Below are positions 12,301 to 22,227 of a stretch of DNA of 42,779 nucleotides, one piece after another. Every line of letters starts with the position of its first letter. Within the stretch, counting starts at the first letter, position 1. Source of the DNA: Nemertoderma westbladi. Lineage: Eukaryota > Animalia > Xenacoelomorpha. The notes under the pieces are model-generated. The model had not been told where the DNA came from. It searched no databases and saw only the letters and a program-made list of their open reading frames with translations. The position numbers and the translations under genes are program-made. The stretch covers positions 1 to 42,779 of the forward strand of contig JAUCBJ010003056.1 of assembly GCA_032718475.1 (NCBI GenBank), read 5' to 3'.

Positions 12301-15300
12301 ACTGACTGGTGAACCCTTGTAGCTAGCGTACACTAACTGACTGGTGAACCCTTGTAGCTAGCGTACACTAACCTCGACTGGCCGGTGAACCCTTGTAGCT
12401 AGCGTACACTAACCTCGACTGGCCGGTGAACCCTTGTAGCTGGCGTACACTAACCTCGACTGACTGGTGAACCCTTGTAGCTAGCGTACACTAACCTCGA
12501 CGGTGAACCCTTGTAGCCTCGTACACTAACCTCGACTGACTGGTGAACCCTTGTAGCTAGCGTACACTAACCTCGACTGACTGGTGAACCCTTGTAGCTA
12601 GCGTACACTAACCTCGACGGTGAACCCTTGTAGCCTCGTACACTAACCTCGACTGACTGGTGAACCCTTGTAGCTAGCGTACACTAACCTCGACTGGCCG
12701 GTGAACCCTTGTAGCTAGCGTACACTAACCTCGACTGAACGGTGAACCCTTGTAGCTAGCGTACACTAACTGACTGGTGAACCCTTGTAGCTAGCGTACA
12801 CTAACCTCGACTGGCCGGTGAACCCTTGTAGCTAGCGTACACTAACCTCGACTGGCCGGTGAACCCTTGTAGCTAGCGTACACTAACCTCGACTGACCGG
12901 TGAACCCTTGTAGCTAGCGTACACTAACCTCGACTGACCGGTGAACCCTTGTAGCTAGCGTACACTAACCTCGACTGACTGGTGAACCTTTGTAGCTAGC
13001 GTACACTAACCTCGACTGACCGGTGAACCCTTGTAGCTAGCGTACACTAACCTCGACTGACTGGTGAACCCTTGTAGCTAGCGTACACTAACCTCGACTG
13101 ACTGGTGAACCCTTGTAGCTGGCGTACACTAACCTCGACGGTGAACCCTTGTAGCCTCGTACACTAACCTCGACTGGCCGGTGAACCCTTGTAGCTAGCG
13201 TACACTAACCTCGACTGGCCGGTGAACCCTTGTAGCTAGCGTACACTAACCTCGACTGACTGGTGAACCTTTGTAGCTAGCGTACACTAACCTCGACTGA
13301 CTGGTGAACCCTTGTAGCTAGCGTACACTAACCTCGACTGACTGGTGAGCCCTTGTAGCTAGCGTACATTAACCTCGACTGACTGGTGAACCCTTGTAGC
13401 TAGCGTACACTAACCTCGACTGACTGGTGAACCCTTGTAGCTAGCGTACACTAACTGACTGGTGAACCCTTGTAGCTAGCGTACACTAACCTCGACTGGC
13501 CGGTGAACCCTTGTAGCTAGCGTACACTAACCTCGACTGACTGGTGAACCCTTGTAGCTGGCGTACACTAACCTCGACTGACTGGTGAACCCTTGTAGCT
13601 AGCGTACACTAACCTCGACTGACTGGTGAACCCTTGTAGCTGGCGTACACTAACCTCGACTGACTGGTGAACCCTTGTAGCTAGCGTACACTAACCTCGA
13701 CTGGCCGGTGAACCCTTGTAGCTAGCGTACACTAACCTCGACTGACTGGTGAACCCTTGTAGCTGGCGTACACTAACCTCGACTGACTGGTGAACCCTTG
13801 TAGCTGGCGTACACTAACCTCGACTGGCCGGTGAACCCTTGTAGCTAGCGTACACTAACCTCGACTGACTGGTGAACCCTTGTAGCTGGCGTACACTAAC
13901 CTCGACTGACTGGTGAACCCTTGTAGCTAGCGTACACTAACCTCGACTGACTGGTGAACCCTTAGCTAGCGTACACTAACCTCGACTGACTGGTGAACCC
14001 TTGTAGCTAGCGTACACTAACCTCGACTGGCCGGTGAACCCTTGTAGCTGGCGTACACTAACCTCGACTGACTGGTGAACCCTTGTAGCTAGCGTACACT
14101 AACCTCGACTGACTGGTGAACCCTTGTAGCTAGCGTACACTAACCTCGACTGACTGGTGAACCCTTGTAGCTGGCGTACACTAACCTCGACTGACTGGTG
14201 AACCCTTGTAGCTAGCGTACACTAACCTCGACTGACTGGTGAGCCCTTGTAGCTAGCGTACATTAACCTCGACTGACTGGTGAACCCTTGTAGCTAGCGT
14301 ACACTAACCTCGACTGACTGGTGAACCCTTGTAGCTAGCGTACACTAACCTCGACTGACTGGTGAACCCTTGTAGCTAGCGTACACTAACCTCGACTGAC
14401 TGGTGAACCCTTGTAGCTAGCGTACACTAACCTCGACTGACTGGTGAACCCTTGTAGCTGGCGTACACTAACCTCGACTGACTGGTGAACCCTTGTAGCT
14501 AGCGTACACTAACCTCGACTGACTGGTGAACCCTTGTAGCTGGCGTACACTAACCTCGACTGACTGGTGAACCCTTGTAGCTAGCGTACACTAACCTCGA
14601 CTGGCCGGTGAACCCTTGTAGCTAGCGTACACTAACCTCGACTGACTGGTGAACCCTTGTAGCTGGCGTACACTAACCTCGACTGACTGGTGAACCCTTG
14701 TAGCTGGCGTACACTAACCTCGACTGGCCGGTGAACCCTTGTAGCTAGCGTACACTAACCTCGACTGACTGGTGAACCCTTGTAGCTGGCGTACACTAAC
14801 CTCGACTGACTGGTGAACCCTTGTAGCTAGCGTACACTAACCTCGACTGACTGGTGAACCCTTGTAGCTAGCGTACACTAACCTCGACTGGCCGGTGAAC
14901 CCTTGTAGCTAGCGTACACTAACCTCGACTGGCCGGTGAACCCTTGTAGCTGGCGTACACTAACCTCGACTGACTGGTGAACCCTTGTAGCTAGCGTACA
15001 CTAACCTCGACTGACTGGTGAACCCTTGTAGCTAGCGTACACTAACCTCGACTGACTGGTGAACCCTTGTAGCTGGCGTACACTAACCTCGACTGACTGG
15101 TGAACCCTTGTAGCTAGCGTACACTAACCTCGACTGACTGGTGAACCCTTGTAGCTAGCGTACACTAACCTCGACTGACTGGTGAACCCTTGTAGCTAGC
15201 GTACACTAACCTCGACTGACTGGTGAACCCTTGTAGCTAGCGTACACTAACCTCGACTGACTGGTGAACCCTTGTAGCTAGCGTACACTAACCTCGACTG

Positions 15301-18300
15301 ACTGGTGAACCCTTGTAGCTAGCGTACACTAACCTCGACTGACTGGTGAACCCTTGTAGCTAGCGTACACTAACCTCGACTGACTGGTGAACCCTTGTAG
15401 CTAGCGTACACTAACCTCGACTTACTGGTGAACCCTTGTAGCTAGCGTACACTAACCTCGACTGGCCGGTGAACCCTTGTAGCTAGCGTACACTAACCTC
15501 GACTGACTGGTGAACCCTTGTAGCTAACGTACACGAACCTCGACTGACTGGTGAACCTTTGTAGCTAGCGTACACTAACCTCGACTGACTGGTGAACCCT
15601 TGTAGCTAACGTACACTAACCTCGACTGACTGGTGAACCCTTGTAGCTAGCGTACGGTCCGTCTCTTATTGCCAGTTCGCAACTCGCCTCCAAAGCCGCG
15701 TAGTAGATCGTTTCGAATATCTGTTTGTTGAGGATCTGGGCCTTCTCGCTGTCGAATGGGAGTCGCAGCAGTATGAATGCGTCGGCCAGTCCCTGGACCC
15801 CGATTCCGATGGGCCGATGCGAGAGGTTTGACTTCCGTGCAGTCTCGACGGGGTAGTAGTTGACGTCTATGATCTGGTTGAGGTTTCTGGTTACCACCTG
15901 CACGGAAATTAGTTCAGTTTGAGTTCCGATATACTTGATGTTCCAGTTCTTAGATTATATTATATTAAATGAACTCAGGTTTATAAAATTATTGTTAAAC
16001 GACATATTTTCAAATTAAGTTTAAAACCATAGTTAGTTTAAAATAGGCAAATTTAATTTTAATAAAAACACACAATCCAGAAATATACAGAACACATTTT
16101 AACTATAGGAGTGTTCCGGCTCCGGTCGGATTTCATTTTTTGGCCGGATTTTCATTTCAACGAATTGTACAATTTTTACAACAAAATTTACAATTAAAGT
16201 AAATTTTCAAAAAAACATCAAATAAATTTTCCTTTAAATTCAAACAAATTAAAACATAAGCAAATACAATGGAATACAAGACAATTAATTGACAAGAGCT
16301 AACATTTTATGACTATCTATATGCTGAGCTGACTGACTACTTTTTGCCAAGAATATTTGTATTTGGTTGTGCTCAGCCTCACTAACACTTATAATATAAT
16401 AGTACACTACTTGTGCCCATATACTAATTAGAAACTGGTCAATAATTATTATATTGTCCCAGGGCGCAAGCCTTGATGTTAGGCCTATTAGGTATTGTTA
16501 TAAATTGAGATTGACCAGTTTATATATTCGACAGGCAATTTAGAAATAGTAGAAATTTAGTTATCTATCTATCTCTCTAGTTAGAGTTTTAACGCATGAT
16601 TTCTGTACCCAAACACTAAAATAGTTAATCGCAATGTAAGTATGAAAAATGATGTCAATAATATTAAGTAATAAATATCTTGTGATGTTACAATTAATAA
16701 GGATAAAGTAAATTCGCCTCCCTGCCAAATTGACTCACCTTTGTAACAGCTTTGAGTTTTATAAAATCAAACTTCCCTCCCGCTGTGACGTACATCGGCA
16801 AGGCCAATGAGGCGAGGTTACACACAGCTGTCTCAGTGGCACTGGAGTACTCCACAATCTCAGTGCAGAGGTTACTGCACTTAATGGTTCCAAGGTTCTG
16901 TTGGTTAGATTTTCTGTTACAAGCGTCTTTGTACAGCATATAGGGGGTTCCTAAATAACAGATGTTATAAATTTATACAGTTTTAGCCTCCCCCGTTTCT
17001 ATCTGGCCCTCCACTATCCCCAACCCACTCACCTGTCTCTATCTGGGCCTCCACTACCCCCAACCCACTCACCTGTCTCTATCTGGGCCTCCACTATCCC
17101 CAACCCACTCACCTGTCTCTATCTGGGCCTCCACTATCCCCAACCCACTCACCTGTCTCTATCTGGCCCTCCACTATCCCCAACCCACTCACCTGTCTCT
17201 ATCTGGGCCTCCACTATCCCCAACCCACTCACCTGTCTCTATCTGGCCCTCCACTATCCCCAACCCACTCACCTGTCTCTATCTGGCCCTCCACTATCCC
17301 CAACCCACTCACCTGTCTCTATCTGGGCCTCCACTATCCCCAACCCACTCACCTGTCTCTATCTGGGCCTCCACTATCCCCAACCCACTCACCTGTCTCT
17401 ATCTGGGCCTCCACTATCCCCAACCCACTCACCTGTCTCTATCTGGGCCTCCACTACCCCCAACCCACTCACCAGTCTCTATCTGGGCCTCCACTACCCC
17501 CAACCCACTCACCTGTCTCTATCTGGACCTCCACTATCCCCAACCCACTCACCTGTCTCTATCTGGGCCTCCACTATCCCCAACCCACTCACCTGTCTCT
17601 ATCTGGCCCTCCACTATCCCCAACCCACTCACCTGTCTCTATCTGGGCCTCCACTATCCCCAACCCACTCACCTGTCTCTATCTGGCCCTCCACTATCCC
17701 CAACCCACTCACCTGTCTCTATCTGGCCCTCCACTATCCCCAACCCACTCACCTGTCTCTATCTGGGCCTCCACTATCCCCAACCCACTCACCTGTCTCT
17801 ATCTGGGCCTCCACTATCCCCAACCCACTCACCTGTCTCTATCTGGGCCTCCACTACCCCCAACCCACTCACCAGTCTCTATCTGGGCCTCCACTACCCC
17901 CAACCCACTCACCTGTCTCTATCTGGACCTCCACTATCCCCAACCCACTCACCTGTCTCTATCTGGGCCTCCACTACCCCCAACCCACTCACCAGTCTCT
18001 ATCTGGACCTCCACTACCCCCAACCCACTCACCAGTCTCTATCTGGGCCTCCACTACCCCCAACCCACTCACCTGTCTCTATCTGGGCCTCCACTATCCC
18101 CAACCCACTCACCTGTCTCTATCTGGGCCTCCACTATCCCCAACCCACTCACCTGTCTCTATCTGGCCATCCACTATCCCCAACCCACTCACCTGTCTCT
18201 ATCTGGGCCTCCACTACCCCCAACCCACTCACCTGTCTCTATCTGGACCTCCACTATCCCCAACCCACTCACCTGTCTCTATCTGGGCCTCCACTACCCC

Positions 18301-21300
18301 CAACCCACTCACCAGTCTCTATCTGGACCTCCACTACCCCCAACCCACTCACCAGTCTCTATCTGGGCCTCCACTACCCCCAACCCACTCACCTGTCTCT
18401 ATCTGGGCCTCCACTATCCCCAACCCACTCACCTGTCTCTATCTGGGCCTCCACTATCCCCAACCCACTCACCTGTCTCTATCTGGCCCTCCACTATCCC
18501 CAACCCACTCACCTGTCTCTATCTGGGCCTCCACTATCCCCAACCCACACACCTGTCTCTATCTGGGCCTCCACTATCCCCAACCCACTCACCTGTCTCT
18601 ATCTGGCCCTCCACTATCCCCAACCCACTCACCTGTCTCTATCTGGGCCTCCACTATCCCCAACCCACTCACCTGTCTCTATCTGGGCCTCCACTATCCC
18701 CAACTCACTCACCTGTCTCTATCTGGGCCTCCACTATCCCCAACCCACTCACCTGTCTCTATCTGGGCCTCCACTACCCCCAACCCACTCACCTGTCTCT
18801 ATCTGGGCCTCCACTATCCCCAACCCACTCACCTGTCTCTATCTGGGCCTCCACTATCCCCAACCCACTCACCTGTCTCTATCTGGCCCTCCACTATCCC
18901 CAACCCACTCACCTGTCTCTACCTGGGCCTCCACTATCCCCAACCCACTCACCTGTCTCTATCTGGCCCTCCACTATCCCCAACCCACTCACCTGTCTCT
19001 ATCTGGCCCTCCACTATCCCCAACCCACTCACCTGTCTCTATCTGGGCCTCCACTATCCCCAACCCACTCACCTGTCTCTATCTGGGCCTCCACTATCCC
19101 CAACCCACTCACCTGTCTCTATCTGGGCCTCCACTATCCCCAACCCACTCACCTGTCTCTATCTGGGCCTCCACTACCCCCAACCCACTCACCAGTCTCT
19201 ATCTGGGCCTCCACTATCCCCCAACCCACTCACCTGTCTCTATCTGGACCTCCACTATCCCCAACCCACTCACCTGTCTCTATCTGGGCCTCCACTATCC
19301 CCAACCCACTCACCTGTCTCTATCTGGCCCTCCACTATCCCCAACCCACTCACCTGTCTCTATCTGGGCCTCCACTATCCCCAACCCACTCACCTGTCTC
19401 TATCTGGCCCTCCACTATCCCCAACCCACTCACCTGTCTCTATCTGGGCCTCCACTATCCCCAACCCACTCACCTGTCTCTATCTGGGCCTCCACTATCC
19501 CCAACCCACTCACCTGTCTCTATCTGGCCCTCCACTATCCCCAACCCACTCACCTGTCTCTATCTGGGCCTCCACTATCCCTAACCCACTCACCTGTCTC
19601 TATCTGGCCCTCCACTATCCCCAACCCACTCACCTGTCTCTATCTGGGCCTCCACTATCCCCAACCCACTCACCTGTCTCTATCTGGCCCTCCACTATCC
19701 CCAACCCACTCACCTGTCTCTATCTGGCCCTCCACTATCCCCAACCCACTCACCTGTCTCTATCTGGGCCTCCACTATCCCCAACCCACTCACCTGTCTC
19801 TATCTGGGCCTCCACTATCCCCAACCCACTCACCTGTCTCTATCTGGGCCTCCACTACCCCCAACCCACTCACCAGTCTCTATCTGGGCCTCCACTACCC
19901 CCAACCCACTCACCTGTCTCTATCTGGACCTCCACTATCCCCAACCCACTCACCTGTCTCTATCTGGGCCTCCACTATCCCCAACCCACTCACCTGTCTC
20001 TATCTGGCCCTCCACTATCCCCAACCCACTCACCTGTCTCTATCTGGGCCTCCACTATCCCCAACCCACACACCTGTCTCTATCTGGGCCTCCACTATCC
20101 CCAACCCACTCACCTGTCTCTATCTGGCCCTCCACTATCCCCAACCCACTCACCTGTCTCTATCTGGGCCTCCACTATCCCCAACCCACTCACCTGTCTC
20201 TATCTGGGCCTCCACTATCCCCAACCCACTCACCTGTCTCTATCTGGGCCTCCACTATCCCTAACCCACTCACCTGTCTCTATCTGGGCCTCCACTACCC
20301 CCAACCCACTCACCTGTCTCTATCTGGGCCTCCACTATCCCCAACCCACACACCTGTCTCTATCTGGGCCTCCACTATCCCCAACCCACTCACCTGTCTC
20401 TATCTGGCCCTCCACTATCCCCAACCCACACACCTGTCTCTATCTGGGCCTCCACTATCCCCAACCCACTCACCTGTCTCTATCTGGCCCTCCACTATCC
20501 CCAACCCACTCACCTGTCTCTATCTGGGCCTCCACTATCCCCAACCCACTCACCTGTCTCTATCTGGGCCTCCACTAATCCCAACCCACTCACCTGTCTC
20601 TATCTGGGCCTCCACTATCCCCAACCCACTCACCTGTCTCTATCTGGGCCTCCACTATCCCCAACCCACTCACCTGTCTCTATCTGGGCCTCCAGTAACC
20701 CCAACCCACTCACCTGTCTCTATCTGGCCCTCCAGTATCCCCAACCCACTCACGTGTCTCTATCTGGGCCTCCACTATCCCCAAACCACTCACCTGTCTA
20801 TATCTGGGCCTCCACTATCCCCAACCCACTCACCTGTCTCTATCTGGGCCTCCACTATCCCCAACCCACTCGCCTGTCTCTATCAGGGCCTCCACTAGCC
20901 CCAACCCACTCACCTGTCTCTATCTGGCCCTCCACTATCCCCAACCCACTCACCTGTCTCTATCTGGGCCTCCACTATCCCCATCTCACTCACCTGTCTC
21001 TATCGGGGCCTCCACTATCCCCAACCCACTCACCTGTCTCTATCTGGGCCTCCACTATCCCCAACCCACTCACCTGTCTCTCCACTATCCCCAACCCACT
21101 CATCTGTCTCTATCTGGGTCTCCACTATCCCCAACCCACTCACCTGTCTCTATCTGGGCCTCCACTATCCCCAACCCACTCACCTGTCTCTATCTGGGCC
21201 TCCACTACCCCCAACCCACTCACCTGTCTCTATCTGGCCCTCCACTATCCCCAACCCACTCACCTGTCTCTATCTGGGCCTCCACTATCCCCAACCCACT

Positions 21301-22220
21301 CACCTGTCTCTATCTGGGCCTACACTATCCCCAACCCACTCACCTGTCTCTATCTGGGCCTCCACTATCCCCAGCCCACTCACCTGTCTCTATCTGGGCC
21401 TCCACTATCCCCAACCCACTCACCTGTCTCTATCTGGGCCTCCACTAACCCCAACCAACTCACCTGTCTCTATCTGGGCCTCCACTACCCCCAATCCACT
21501 CACCTGTCTCTATCTGGGCCTTCACTATCCCCAACCCACTCACCCGTCTCAATCTGGGCCTCCACTATCCCCAACCCACTCACCTGTCTCTATCTGGGCC
21601 TCCACTATCCCCAACCCACTCACCTGTCTCTATCTGGGCCTCCACTATCGCGTACCACAAGGTCTGCGCTTTCATTCTCTTCCTGAACCTTCCCTCATTC
21701 TCGTATTTCTCGTAGAGTTTCTCGAACTCATCTCCCCAGGTGTCGCACAGACCAGGAGACTCGTGGGGGCACATGAGACACCAATCGCCGTTCTCTTGAA
21801 CTCGCTTCATAAACAGGTCCGGGATCCATAGAGCGTAGAACAAATCCCGGGCACGTGACTCCTCCTTACCTACATGGATGGAACCTACGTATATTGGATG
21901 GAAACAAAGGCCTAGCACACTTGAGTGAACAACGTCTATATTTGCACTGAAAGTGGATTTCTATATTTGAAAAAACAACAAATCATTTTACCGGTAAGTA
22001 GATGTGAGTTGCAATAACAGATTAGCGAGTAGTTCATAGAGAAGTCATACTAAACCTGTGTTCTTTCTGCAGTCGAGGAAATCAATGATATCCGCATGCC
22101 AAGGTTCGAGGTATATGGCGAAGGCTCCTGGTCTCTTATTGCCACCCTGGTCCACATAGCGGGCCGTGTTATTAAAAACTCGTAGCATTGGGAGCAATCC
22201 ATTACTTACACCATTGGTAC
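6098..22220 (-). CDS. RRM1: Ribonucleoside-diphosphate reductase large subunit, 3' part; joined exons 22220-22056, 21869-21624, 16950-16739, 15897-15621, 9167-8824, 7471-7303, 6363-6098 (5' exons outside the window)
   Basis: Exons join in frame through GT-AG introns. Class Ia R1 motifs are present: loop 2 [11 protein letters not shown], active-site SNLCTEI and [18 protein letters not shown] tyrosine pair and C-terminal CMMCSG. Confidence 0.97.
6903..6996. repeat. Small imperfect inverted repeat (hairpin or mini-MITE) in the last RRM1 intron
   Basis: tcgtcgcttaagaacctaaaggccctaa pairs with ttaggtcctttaggtactttagtgacga; arms ~33 bp, spacer ~25 bp. Confidence 0.6.
7303..7471 (-). CDS. RRM1: RRM1 exon ([11 protein letters not shown]...[10 protein letters not shown])
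   Basis: Acceptor tttcctttag|TTATAC and donor ACAG|gtgagt, 169 nt. Contains IDQSQSLN. Confidence 0.96.
7522..8709. mobile_element. Non-autonomous hAT-type DNA transposon in an RRM1 intron
   Basis: 16 bp TIRs tagggatgtgccggat / atccggcacaccccta (1 mismatch). Exact 8 bp TSD ctatttat at 7514-7521 and 8710-8717. Subterminal ccgg-rich repeats at both ends and no transposase ORF. An 8 bp TSD with TAGGG ends fits hAT. Confidence 0.9.
8824..9167 (-). CDS. RRM1: RRM1 exon (GILQHDMW...[19 protein letters not shown]...PDDIKQ)
   Basis: Acceptor tttcactttag|GGATTC and donor CAG|gtaaca, 344 nt. Confidence 0.96.
9163..9410. repeat. ~19 bp repeat spanning the splice acceptor (aatccctaaagtgaaaaat), with decayed copies further into the intron
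   Basis: Exact copies at 9163-9181 and 9182-9200. Degenerate copies such as aattcataaagtgaaaaat and aattcctaaagagaaaat lie at ~9290-9410. Confidence 0.75.
10193..15655 (-). repeat. Minisatellite 1: 41 bp unit made of exon end plus donor, ~130-135 copies
   Basis: Transcript-strand unit GCTAGCTACAAGGGTTCACCAGTCAGTCGAG|gttagtgtac. The exonic part encodes [11 protein letters not shown], and the first copy is the real exon end (donor at 15620). Confidence 0.98.
15621..15897 (-). CDS. RRM1: RRM1 exon ([11 protein letters not shown]...[12 protein letters not shown]...YKGSPVSRG)
   Basis: Acceptor tttccgtgcag|GTGGTA and donor CGAG|gttagt, 277 nt. Confidence 0.96.
16106..16558. mobile_element. Truncated, diverged, inverted copy of the hAT-type element at 7522-8709
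   Basis: Begins with the TIR-like taggagtgttccgg. Blocks such as aaacataagcaaatacaatggaatacaa, ccaagaatatttgtatttggttg.gctcagcctcactaacactt and attcgacaggcaatttagaaa are reverse complements of ~8200-8620. Confidence 0.85.
16739..16950 (-). CDS. RRM1: RRM1 active-site exon (GTPYMLYKD...SNLCTEI...VCNLAS...AVTK)
   Basis: Acceptor ttatttag|GAACCC and donor AAG|gtgagt, 212 nt. Catalytic Asn, Cys and Glu and the redox Cys are present. Confidence 0.97.
16998..21649 (-). repeat. Minisatellite 2: 40 bp unit made of exon end plus donor, ~115 copies
   Basis: Transcript-strand unit GATAGTGGAGGCCCAGATAGAGACAG|gtgagtgggttggg. The exonic part encodes IVEAQIETG, and the first copy is the real exon end (donor at 21623). 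Confidence 0.98.
21624..21869 (-). CDS. RRM1: RRM1 exon ([21 protein letters not shown]...[12 protein letters not shown])
   Basis: Acceptor ccatgtag|GTAAGG and donor ACAG|gtgagt, 246 nt, phase 1 at both ends. Confidence 0.95.
22056..22220 (-). CDS. RRM1: RRM1 exon missed by the ORF track ([56 protein letters not shown])
   Basis: Manual translation of the - strand. Acceptor aatattacag|GTACC and donor ACAG|gtttag, 165 nt. Contains specificity loop 2. Confidence 0.96.
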
Positions 22221-22227
22221 CTGTAAT

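Noticed and set aside
10197-15620. cactaac branch-point consensus in every array 1 unit
   Set aside because: It is on the antisense strand and is just the complement of the donor gttagtg.
20754-21686. 310 aa + strand ORF, and array 2 being largely open on the + strand
   Set aside because: It is an antisense translation of a C-rich 40 bp repeat that lacks stops by composition. It cycles through three frames and starts at a GTG variant.
6098-22220. RRM1 as a pseudogene, or a viral or bacterial nrdA
   Set aside because: All visible exons are open and in phase with canonical spliceosomal sites, and catalytic residues and the eukaryote-type C-terminus are intact.
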